Source: an uncultured Bacilli bacterium
GTDB taxonomy: Bacteria; Bacillota_I; Bacilli_A; RF39; UBA660
Reading direction: 5' to 3'
Assembly: GCA_947628585.1 (NCBI GenBank)
Contig: CANRAL010000001.1
Span: 3,154-67,153, forward strand
DNA: 64,000 nt
Made by a program: the position numbers and the translations under genes. Below the pieces are notes generated by a model. That model did no database searches. It saw nothing but the letters and a program-made list of their open reading frames with translations, and was not told the origin of the DNA. Shown here one piece after another: positions 53,883-62,268 of the stretch (its first letter is position 1; every line of letters begins with the position of its first letter).

Positions 53883-55775
53883 ATGAAAGGTAATAAAAAG
53901 TCTTTAATTTTATTAATTGTTGGCATATTTGTAATATTAATAGTTGTAATAGGAGCAACCTATGCATATTTTCAAAGTGTAAATGGTAATACAACAATTT
54001 CTAATATAAATACGACAACTGGAACAGTAGATAGTTTATCTTTTATTGGTGGAGATAATATAACTCTTGAAGTAAAACCAGATGAATTTAAATTAGGTGA
54101 TAGTAATCAAGAAGGAACAACAAATGTAAGTGCTACCTTAATAGCTAATAATACAACAAATGAAACAGAAGATTATAAATATAGTATATATTTAGAGATA
54201 ATAGAAAATAATTTGGAATATTCTTCATATAAAGATGAAGGAAAAGAAGACCCAATAGTATTTTTAAAAGAATATGATAAAACATTAGGAAATAATGTCG
54301 ATTATAATGGGTTAACTTTAGGGTATGAGGCGATACCTGAGTTATTTTTAACAGTAAAAGGACCAGATGGTTATGATGGAAATATAGAAGGATTAAATAA
54401 AGCAACATTAAAAGAAATAGATGATAGTTATGATATAACGGAGTTAAGAGAAGGAATATATCCTATAGTAGAAGATTATGTAATAAAAGTAAATAAAGAT
54501 AATCATGATATTGAAAAAGAAAATACAAAAACGGATAAATGGGAAATAACAATAACATTTAAGAACTTAGAAACAAATCAAGAATTAAATACAGGAAAAA
54601 GTTTTAAAGGAAGAATAAGAATTCAAGAAAAGAAAATAGCCAATGATTTAATGGATGTATGTAATGAAGGGGAAGAACTAGCTGAATGTATAAAAAAGTT
54701 ACATGATGAAAGTGAATATGGAGCAAGTAATCTAATCTATCATGATGGAAAAGCAGATTATGAAGGAGAAACAAATGCAAATTTAGAAGCCAATGATAAA
54801 AGTTATAGATATACAGGTTCATTCGAAAAAGTAAATAATTATATATGCTTAGGAACTGACTGTAATAATAAAGATAACTTATTTAGAATAATCGGAACAT
54901 TTGGAAGTGATGGGATAAAAGTAGTAAAAGCGGATTATGCAAATAAAGAATTATTAGGAGCTGGAACAACAAGTACCTTAGATTTTGAAGCGACTGATCC
55001 TGAAACTTATGGTTCATATTCTACAGTAAATGCTTATCAAAAATCTCAAGGTAGTAATGAAGAACAAGATGCATTTACTCATAGATATAAAGGCTTATTA
55101 GACCATGTAGATAGATATAGATGGCAAGAAAACGGAACAGAAGCAACAGTAGCAAATTGGGAAACATCATTACTTAATAAAATTCATTTAAATAAAAAAT
55201 ACATAAGTACAATAGAAGAAAAATATCGAGAATTAATACTGGAACATGAATGGATATATGGAAATAAGAATGCAACATGGGATAATATAGCAATAGCTAA
55301 TAATGTCAAAACAGTATATAATAATGAATTAGGAACAGATGCTCAAGATGATAAAAAAACCGATCCAGAATATATAGGCTTATTATATGTAAGTGATTAT
55401 TTATATGGCGCAGCACCAAAAAATTGGAATAAACAACCATTCACCGGAATATTGAATTATAATAAGGATACAGGAAAAACTGATAAAGATAAAAACCCAG
55501 CAGGAAGCTTCGCAGAAAAGACAATAGATAATGATTATCGTTCGGCAACAGATAGTAACTGGTTGTATATGGGTCTATGGGAATGGTTAATAATTCAAAG
55601 ATCCGATTCTCCTGTCTTTGCGTTCTATGTGGCTGCTACCGGTCTTGTCTACAACGACTTCTTTGTCGGCGCGTTCACGCTTGTGGTCCGCCCAACATTC
55701 TATATTAACAATGATGTTCAATTAGGTGGTGGAACAGGTACAATTAATGATCCATATACTTTAGTTGTTAATTAA
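53883..55775 (+). CDS. secreted protein with TasA/SipW-class-like signal peptide and C-terminal W.WL...VRP domain carrying an A-depleted patch
   Basis: ORF 53862..55775. ATG 53883 lies 10 nt after AAAGGA and gives MKGNKKSLILLIVGIFVILIVVIGATYAYFQS. C-terminus WEWLIIQRSDS...VRPTFYI...GTGTINDPYTL. Confidence 0.75.
   Translation: MKGNKKSLILLIVGIFVILIVVIGATYAYFQSVNGNTTISNINTTTGTVDSLSFIGGDNITLEVKPDEFKLGDSNQEGTTNVSATLIANNTTNETEDYKYSIYLEIIENNLEYSSYKDEGKEDPIVFLKEYDKTLGNNVDYNGLTLGYEAIPELFLTVKGPDGYDGNIEGLNKATLKEIDDSYDITELREGIYPIVEDYVIKVNKDNHDIEKENTKTDKWEITITFKNLETNQELNTGKSFKGRIRIQEKKIANDLMDVCNEGEELAECIKKLHDESEYGASNLIYHDGKADYEGETNANLEANDKSYRYTGSFEKVNNYICLGTDCNNKDNLFRIIGTFGSDGIKVVKADYANKELLGAGTTSTLDFEATDPETYGSYSTVNAYQKSQGSNEEQDAFTHRYKGLLDHVDRYRWQENGTEATVANWETSLLNKIHLNKKYISTIEEKYRELILEHEWIYGNKNATWDNIAIANNVKTVYNNELGTDAQDDKKTDPEYIGLLYVSDYLYGAAPKNWNKQPFTGILNYNKDTGKTDKDKNPAGSFAEKTIDNDYRSATDSNWLYMGLWEWLIIQRSDSPVFAFYVAATGLVYNDFFVGAFTLVVRPTFYINNDVQLGGGTGTINDPYTLVVN
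55602..55700 (+). other. adenine-depleted, GC3-rich patch (candidate DGR variable region)
   Basis: In 33 codons I count 20 ending in G/C, and none of the first 30 ends in A. Only 8 A in 88 nt (55606..55693). There is a sharp switch from the flanking AT-rich codon usage. Confidence 0.45.
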
Positions 55776-55853
55776 AAAAATAATTTGAATAAATTAAATA
55801 AATAAGATATACATATAGATATGTTACCGGTTAGGTAACACCTATTGTGATTA

Positions 55854-55884
55854 GATGCTACACCAATTGACTAGCATCTTTTTT
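55854..55884 (+). terminator. rho-independent terminator
   Basis: gatgcta / tagcatc stem followed by tttttt. Preceded by the tight hairpin gttacc/ggtaac at 55823..55839. Confidence 0.7.
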
Positions 55885-56206
55885 CCATATTAAATGTAAA
55901 ATAATAACAATTAATTAGATTATAATTACTAAGATGAGTATAAAACCCCCTCGTAAAAATTACTCATAAATATGGTAAGGTGCTACTAACAAGTAACAAA
56001 GACATTATTATAAGTGAAAAATAAGCAAAATCAAGGCTTTCGACAAAACTAGAAATTATTTTTGAAATAAAAAAATGGAGCCGCTTGTTGCGACTCCTAA
56101 AGAATAAAAAGGGGTTGACTAGTGTGATACTAGCACCAATTCGCCTTCTTTAAGTGAATTGGTGCTTATTATCCTAACCGATTTGTTCTACTTTGTCAAC
56201 ATTTTT

Positions 56207-56235
56207 TTGCAACTTTTTTAAAATTTTGTTATAAT
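56207..56235 (+). promoter_or_regulatory. sigmaA-type promoter of recG
   Basis: TTGCAA, 17 nt spacer, TATAAT. Confidence 0.6.
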
Positions 56236-56250
56236 TTTTTAGGAGATACT

Positions 56251-58233
56251 ATGAATATAGAACAACTAAAGGGAATTGGACCTAAAAATCAACTTATTTT
56301 TAATAAAATGGATATTTATACGGTTGAAGATTTAATAAATTATTTCCCTTATAAATATTTATTTATATGCTTTAAAGAATTAAAGAATTTAGAAGATAAT
56401 GAAAGCGCTTTTGTTAAAGCTCTTATTTTAACACCTCCAAAAGTTTATTACATAAGAAGAAATTTTAACTATTTAAGTTTTATGGTAAAGATTTCTGAAT
56501 TTGAAGTAAATGTTAAAATTTTTAATCGAGCTTTTATGCAAAATAATTTAAAAGTAGGACGAGAAATAGTATTAGTTGGTAAATACGATAAAATTAAAAA
56601 TTCATTCTTAGCAAGCGATATAAGATTTAATTTAGAAAATAATAAAATAGAACCTAAATATCATTTAGTAAGTGGTTTAAAAGAAAATTTTTTAGTAAAA
56701 GCAATTGATACTATTTTAACAAGTAAAATAAATTTTAATGATTATGTTCCAAATGAATATAATGAAAAATATAATTTAATATCTAAAAAAGAGGCATTAA
56801 ATTATATTCATAAACCCAACAATACTGAAGAAATCAAAAAAGCTAAGTTAAAATTAATATATGAAGAATTTTTTAATTATACTTTTAAAATAAATGCTTT
56901 AAAGTTAAAAAATAAAAAGGTTTTAGGAATTAAAAGAAATATAGATCAAGATAAAGTAGATTCTTTTTTAAGTGAATTGCCTTTTAAATTAACTACCGAT
57001 CAATTACAAACTATTACGGAAATAATAAAAGATTTAAATGGGGAAGAGAGAATGAATCGTCTTGTTCTAGGGGATGTAGGTAGTGGTAAAACAATTGTCG
57101 CTATAGTTAGTATTTTAGCTAATTATTTAAGTGGTTATGAAGCGGCTTTTATGGCTCCAACTGAAATATTAGCTAAGCAACACTATGAAACAATTAAAGG
57201 ATATTTAAATAATTTAAATATTGTTTTATTAACTGGCCATTTAAAGAAAAAAGAAAAACTTCAAATTTATGACCAAATAAAAGAAGGAAAAATTGATTTA
57301 GTAATTGGAACACATGCTTTAATAAATGATAATGTTATATTTAAAAAATTAGGTTTAGTTATAATTGATGAACAACATTTATTTGGGGTTAAGCAACGGA
57401 ATGCTTTGCAAGAAAAGGGAGAAATAAAGCCCGATGTTTTATATCTATCGGCAACACCTATTCCTCGAAGTTATGCCTTGTGTCTTTATGGAGACTTGGA
57501 TTTATCAATGATTAAAACTAAACCAAATAAAAGAAAAGAAGTAAAAACAATTATTAAAACGGAAAAAGAAATAAAAGACTGTCTTTATAAAATGCTTGAA
57601 GAAATTAAGTTGGGACATCAAGTTTTTGTAGTTTCACCTTTAATTAATGATGAAGAAGAAAAAAATGAAATAAATAGTGTAGTTAAATTAAAAGAAAAGT
57701 TAGAACTTGCTTTTCAAAATAAAATTGAAATAGCTATTATTCATGGTAAAATGAAACAAAATGAAAAAGATCAAATTATGGAAGATTTTTTAAATAAAAA
57801 AATAAAAATTCTTATTTCTACAACCGTAATTGAAGTAGGAATAGATATTCCTAATGCTACGATGATGGTTATTTTTAATGCGGAAAGATTTGGCTTAGCC
57901 GCTCTTCATCAATTAAGAGGAAGAGTAGGAAGAAATGACTTACAAAGTTATTGTTATTTAATAAGTAATCAAGATAATAAAAGATTAAAGGTTATGGAAG
58001 AAAGCAATGATGGTTTTTATATTAGCGAAAAAGATTTTGAACAAAGAGGCCAAGGCGATTTATTTGGTGTTCGGCAAAGTGGAGATATTATATTTAAAAT
58101 AGCTAGTATTCAAAATGATAGTAAAATATTATTACAAGCCAGTAAAGATTCTATGGATTATTTAGTAAATCATAAATATAAGAATAATAGTTATTATGAA
58201 AAAATCTTAGAAGAAATAAATTTTTTAGATTAA
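56251..58233 (+). CDS. recG: ATP-dependent DNA helicase RecG
   Basis: Wedge/OB N-terminus, LPFKLTTDQ, GDVGSGKT, DEQHLFGV, SATPIPRS, HGKMK and QLRGRVGR. Confidence 0.93.
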   Translation: MNIEQLKGIGPKNQLIFNKMDIYTVEDLINYFPYKYLFICFKELKNLEDNESAFVKALILTPPKVYYIRRNFNYLSFMVKISEFEVNVKIFNRAFMQNNLKVGREIVLVGKYDKIKNSFLASDIRFNLENNKIEPKYHLVSGLKENFLVKAIDTILTSKINFNDYVPNEYNEKYNLISKKEALNYIHKPNNTEEIKKAKLKLIYEEFFNYTFKINALKLKNKKVLGIKRNIDQDKVDSFLSELPFKLTTDQLQTITEIIKDLNGEERMNRLVLGDVGSGKTIVAIVSILANYLSGYEAAFMAPTEILAKQHYETIKGYLNNLNIVLLTGHLKKKEKLQIYDQIKEGKIDLVIGTHALINDNVIFKKLGLVIIDEQHLFGVKQRNALQEKGEIKPDVLYLSATPIPRSYALCLYGDLDLSMIKTKPNKRKEVKTIIKTEKEIKDCLYKMLEEIKLGHQVFVVSPLINDEEEKNEINSVVKLKEKLELAFQNKIEIAIIHGKMKQNEKDQIMEDFLNKKIKILISTTVIEVGIDIPNATMMVIFNAERFGLAALHQLRGRVGRNDLQSYCYLISNQDNKRLKVMEESNDGFYISEKDFEQRGQGDLFGVRQSGDIIFKIASIQNDSKILLQASKDSMDYLVNHKYKNNSYYEKILEEINFLD

Positions 58234-58270
58234 AAAAATGGACCCATAGGGTCCAAAGGGGGTTTTGGTT

Positions 58271-58351
58271 GATCTACAACTCACATTTATTAAATTATCG
58301 TAAGGTTGTAGATCGATTTGTTTTTTGCATAGCCATGGGCTATGCTATTTT
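58271..58351 (+). terminator. tandem terminator hairpins after recG
   Basis: gatctacaac / gttgtagatc 10-bp stem plus T-run, then gcatagcc / ggctatgc stem plus tatttt. A tggaccc/gggtcca hairpin precedes at 58239..58255. Confidence 0.65.
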
Positions 58352-58478
58352 AAATATAACGTGTTTTATTTTTTTTGTCAATTACTTTTTCAAAACTTTA
58401 CATAATAAATATTTCTTAAAATCTTTACAATAAAATAATAATTTTGATATAATTATTTTAATAGTAGGAGGATAAATT

Positions 58479-59048
58479 ATGAATGATGAAAAAAATAATC
58501 GGAAAGTAATTGTTGGTGTATTAATAATAATAGTGGCAATTGTATTTTTAGGTATCTCTTTTGCGTATTATATTATGGAGTTAAGTGGAACGGCTAATGT
58601 TGGTGTAGCTAAATGGAATGTTTTAGTAAATGGTTCAGCTTCTAAGACTTTTACTCCTAAGTTTACTTTAGATTCTAATGCAAATGTTGTTGATAATAAA
58701 TTGGCTCCAGCATCTTCAATGACGGGCAATATTGAAATAAATTTAGAAGGTACAGAAGTAGCAGTAGAAGTTTTAGCAAGTGTAGATACTAGCAAAATAA
58801 AAAATATAATTGGTGAATCTAAAATTTCGGTAGATGTTCAAATTGATGGAGTTGAAGATAACATTATTCGGTTACCTGAAGATGGTGCTTTTAATAATTC
58901 AAATGGTAAGAAAAATGTTGAAATAAAAATTACTTGGGATGATGATAATGGAAGTCATAATGAACAAGATACTATAATTGGTCAAACTATTGAAAATTTA
59001 GAAATACCTGTTACTTTAACAATTAAACAATATATTGAAAAGCAATAG
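58479..59048 (+). CDS. TasA/camelysin-like small secreted protein (SipW-class-like signal)
   Basis: VIVGVLIIIVAIVFLGISFAYY signal-anchor. VAKWNV and KLAPASSMTGNIEINLEG resemble the TasA L.PGD....F.N.G region. Confidence 0.6.
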   Translation: MNDEKNNRKVIVGVLIIIVAIVFLGISFAYYIMELSGTANVGVAKWNVLVNGSASKTFTPKFTLDSNANVVDNKLAPASSMTGNIEINLEGTEVAVEVLASVDTSKIKNIIGESKISVDVQIDGVEDNIIRLPEDGAFNNSNGKKNVEIKITWDDDNGSHNEQDTIIGQTIENLEIPVTLTIKQYIEKQ

Positions 59049-59058
59049 AGGTTTTTGA

Positions 59059-59565
59059 ATGAAATTAAAAAACAATACTTTAATTTTGTTTGTTTTATCT
59101 TTAATTCTATTAACTTTTATTATGCAAAGTTTTGCTATTTATGCTAGTAACTATGATAATTTAAACTTAGTATCAGTTGCAAAATGGCAATTTAATGAAG
59201 ATAACCCTTATGAAAAAATAACAATTAATTTAGATAATTCAGCCGATTTAACTAATTTAAGTGGCGGAAAAATAGCTCCTGGGAGTAAGGGAAATTTTAC
59301 AATTAAAGTATCTAATAAAACTAGTGATGTTGCTATTAATTATAAAATAGATATATTAGAATCTAATGTTCCTATGAATTTTCATATTACTAATTATGAA
59401 GAATTAAAAGAAGGATTATTAAATTATCATGAAGAAAAAGATCTTACTTTTTATTGGGAATGGGATTATTCTTCTTCTTTAGAAATGGATGAAGATGATT
59501 CTTTATACATGGGAAAAGATTTAATATTGAATTTAGCCATAACTGGTAGTCAAAAAATAAATTAA
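59059..59565 (+). CDS. TasA/camelysin-like small secreted protein (paralog)
   Basis: LILFVLSLILLTFIMQSFAIYAS signal. VAKWQF and KIAPGSKGNFTIKVSN parallel the preceding gene. Confidence 0.6.
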   Translation: MKLKNNTLILFVLSLILLTFIMQSFAIYASNYDNLNLVSVAKWQFNEDNPYEKITINLDNSADLTNLSGGKIAPGSKGNFTIKVSNKTSDVAINYKIDILESNVPMNFHITNYEELKEGLLNYHEEKDLTFYWEWDYSSSLEMDEDDSLYMGKDLILNLAITGSQKIN

Positions 59566-59584
59566 AAGAAGGAGGTTTAGATTA

Positions 59585-60124
59585 ATGTCAAAATTTTTAA
59601 ATATTTTAAAAAAGTATCGATATACGTTTTTAATTTTAATTATTTTGTTTATTTTTCTATCCTCTTTATTGGCAACTTATGCTCATTATGAAAGTAAAGT
59701 ATCTAAAGATGTTACGGCGAGTGTAGCATCTTTAATCTGTGAAATTGATAGTAAAGAACTTAATACTAATTTAGCTCGTGGAACCAAATTAGTTCATTAT
59801 TTTAATGTTAATAATTATAATGATTTAAAAACTACGGAAGTAGCATACGATTATTATATTTATATTTTAGATGAATATGAGGAAGTTATTTCGGATGCTA
59901 AATTATATAAATATGAACAAGTAGAATCGGATAATTTAATAACTAAGGAAAATCCTAATACATATAAAAAGTTATCTATGGAAGAAGTAGGGTATTTAAA
60001 TAGTTTTTATGGTGGTGAATTTTTTTTGGACAAAGGAACTCAAAAATTTAAATTGGAAATAGATAAAGTTAATACTAATAATATAAAAATTAAAGTAATA
60101 GGAGTTCAAAAAAATTTAAGTTAG
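59585..60124 (+). CDS. small secreted protein with the same signal type
   Basis: AAGGAGG RBS. FLILIILFIFLSSLLATYAHYES signal, then a beta-rich mature part. Confidence 0.55.
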   Translation: MSKFLNILKKYRYTFLILIILFIFLSSLLATYAHYESKVSKDVTASVASLICEIDSKELNTNLARGTKLVHYFNVNNYNDLKTTEVAYDYYIYILDEYEEVISDAKLYKYEQVESDNLITKENPNTYKKLSMEEVGYLNSFYGGEFFLDKGTQKFKLEIDKVNTNNIKIKVIGVQKNLS

Positions 60125-60133
60125 GAGATTATC

Positions 60134-62224
60134 ATGTTTAAAAATATAAAAACTAAAAAATATTTAATATATATTATATTAATAATAGTTGCTATTTTAG
60201 TAATTAATATTCATATTAGTTTTGCTAAGTTTGTCTATAATAATACTTTTTCTTTAAATTATAATTTAGTTGGAGAAGAATTTGAAGAAAGTGGTTTAAT
60301 AAATTCAGATTTATCATTAAAGGCTACAAGAGAAAATTTACTTAATCCTTATCGAGGATACTATGAGTTAGATAGTCCTAAGGTTTTTAGTTATGATGCT
60401 ACTAATATGGAAGCTAATGAGGCAAATAAAGAAGAATTTATTAAGCATGCTAAAACAGCGGTAGAAGAAATATTAGAAGAAAATGAAACATTAGGTTTAA
60501 TTGTATTTTATTTAAATAATTATAAAGAAATAAAGGAAATACCCGAATATGTTTTAAATTCTTTGAATGAATATATGGACGTATATCGGCAAAAGGGACT
60601 AAAAGCAATTGTAAGATTTGCTTATGGAGATACTCATATTGAAGGCCAAGAAGAAATAAATGATCCATCAGATTTTAGTATAATTTTAAATCATGTAGGA
60701 CAATTAAAAAATTTTTTTGAAGTAAATATGGATGTTATTCACATAGTTCAGTTAGGTTTTATTGGACCTTGGGGGGAAATGCATTCTAGTAAATATATTG
60801 GTGATGAAGTAGGTTCCATTTATTTAAAGCAATTGGTTAAAAAGGCTTTAGAAGTTGTTCCTTATCCGATGCAAATATCTTTACGGAGACCAAAATATTA
60901 TCGGGATTATTTTGATGAATCTTCCTTTTTTGATGAATCTTTAGGTTTAAGTTTAGATGAACACGCAAGGATTGGCTTATTTAATGATGCTTTTGTTTCT
61001 TCTAAAAGCGATATGGGCACTTACAAATCTGAAGAAAGGGAAAGTGAGTTGGAATGGCAAAGTTATTTAACTAAATATACCATTTTTGGGGGCGAAGTTG
61101 ATTATAAAGTTCCCGAAGATTATGTTTTAGAGGATAATCCTTATATAGCCATTAAAGAAGCTAAAAGAAATATGAAAATGGTTCATTTAAATTATTTACA
61201 TGATGCTTATTCTAGTTTATTTACTTATTGGCAAAATCAAATAGTTAGTGAAAGTGATGATAATTATTATTATGGAATGAATGCTTTAGATTATTTTGGT
61301 TTAAAAATGGGATATCGTTATTTAATAACTAGTGCTAAAGTACCAGGATATGTTGTTAAAAAGGGTGGTAAGGTTTATTTTGAAATAGATATAAAAAATG
61401 AAGGTTTTGGTAATTTAATTCACGAGGGAAAAGTATATGTCGTATTAGCTAAAGATGGAAAATATTATCGGGCTTTAACCGATAAAGATCCTCGAAAATG
61501 GGAAAGTAATGATACGGTTAAAGAAAGATTTGTTTTAAAAATACCTAGTAATATAGAAGAAGGAAAGTGGCAAATTTATTTAGTCCTTGCGGATAAATTT
61601 GATAGTTATGCAAAATATGAAAATGCTTATATCAAAATAGCCAATGAAAATGCTTATTTATCTCAAGTAAAAGGAAATTATATTGGTTCAATAGATATAG
61701 GGGGAGAAAGTGATAATGCCAATAATGGATTTTATCAACTTAATGGCACAGATACTACAATATTAGATAATGCTGTTTTGTATACTTTCGATAGAAATAT
61801 AACGATTGATGGTCAAAAAACCGATGAATATGAATGGTATGAAAATGAATTAATTTTTAATAATGAAGTAACAAGTGTTTACATGCGAACCGATGATAAT
61901 AATTTATACATTTTAGGAAAAATAGAAGGTTATGACTTAAGTCAACATAATATTCATATAAGTATAGAAACAATTAATAGTGGGGGCGATTATACATATA
62001 TGATCGAAAATGGTAGCGTATATGATGGAAGTTATGATGGTAAAGTTTCGGTTAATAGTGCTAGTAAAAGTAAAATAACATATAAAAAAGGAGAATATTT
62101 TGAATATCAAATTCCTAAAGATAGAATAAATATTAGTAAGGTAAATGATTTAATTAGAATAAAACTTAGTTATTTAGATAGTGCTTGGGATGCGGTATAT
62201 AAACAAGAAATAAATATTAATTAA
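60134..62224 (+). CDS. secreted DUF4874/DUF4832-like (glycoside-hydrolase-like TIM barrel) protein with the same signal type
   Basis: YLIYIILIIVAILVINIHISFAKF signal. LNPYRGYYEL and LGFIGPWGEMHSS motifs as I recall for DUF4874/DUF4832. Confidence 0.5.
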   Translation: MFKNIKTKKYLIYIILIIVAILVINIHISFAKFVYNNTFSLNYNLVGEEFEESGLINSDLSLKATRENLLNPYRGYYELDSPKVFSYDATNMEANEANKEEFIKHAKTAVEEILEENETLGLIVFYLNNYKEIKEIPEYVLNSLNEYMDVYRQKGLKAIVRFAYGDTHIEGQEEINDPSDFSIILNHVGQLKNFFEVNMDVIHIVQLGFIGPWGEMHSSKYIGDEVGSIYLKQLVKKALEVVPYPMQISLRRPKYYRDYFDESSFFDESLGLSLDEHARIGLFNDAFVSSKSDMGTYKSEERESELEWQSYLTKYTIFGGEVDYKVPEDYVLEDNPYIAIKEAKRNMKMVHLNYLHDAYSSLFTYWQNQIVSESDDNYYYGMNALDYFGLKMGYRYLITSAKVPGYVVKKGGKVYFEIDIKNEGFGNLIHEGKVYVVLAKDGKYYRALTDKDPRKWESNDTVKERFVLKIPSNIEEGKWQIYLVLADKFDSYAKYENAYIKIANENAYLSQVKGNYIGSIDIGGESDNANNGFYQLNGTDTTILDNAVLYTFDRNITIDGQKTDEYEWYENELIFNNEVTSVYMRTDDNNLYILGKIEGYDLSQHNIHISIETINSGGDYTYMIENGSVYDGSYDGKVSVNSASKSKITYKKGEYFEYQIPKDRINISKVNDLIRIKLSYLDSAWDAVYKQEININ

Positions 62225-62227
62225 ATA

Positions 62228-62262
62228 AAAAACAGAATGAAAGGAAATCTCATTCTGTTTTA
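62228..62262. terminator. bidirectional terminator between convergent genes
   Basis: aacagaatga / tcattctgtt 10-bp stem flanked by A- and T-runs. Confidence 0.7.
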
Positions 62263-62268
62263 AAATGG

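Noticed and set aside
54145-54822. Antisense ORFs 54145..54408 and 54604..54822 within the 630-aa secreted-protein gene
   Set aside because: Leu/His/Tyr-rich antisense translations typical of AT-rich shadow ORFs. No RBS, and nested in a gene with a clear signal peptide and domain structure.
55941-56100. Mini-ORFs in the intergenic region (MSIKPPRKNYS at ~55934, MEPLVATPKE at ~56075)
   Set aside because: No Shine-Dalgarno sequences. They overlap hairpin arms and are more simply explained as parts of RNA or terminator structures.
55776-56250. Search for a DGR template repeat or RT remnant in the long intergenic region after the VR-like patch
   Set aside because: No stretch resembles the invariant A-free runs of the patch (for example cctgtctttgcgttc, cttctttgtcggcgcgttc). 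The region is too short for an RT and has no ORF of note. I also found no such match elsewhere in the window by eye.
58545-58580. Nucleotide and peptide resemblance between the signal-peptide end of the 189-aa protein (tctcttttgcgtattat, ISFAYYI) and the VR-like patch (tgtctttgcgttctat, PVFAFYV) as a possible TR
   Set aside because: The match is only ~16 nt and the mismatches include T-to-C differences, not only adenine positions. It is most likely coincidental reuse of an F-A-x-Y peptide motif.
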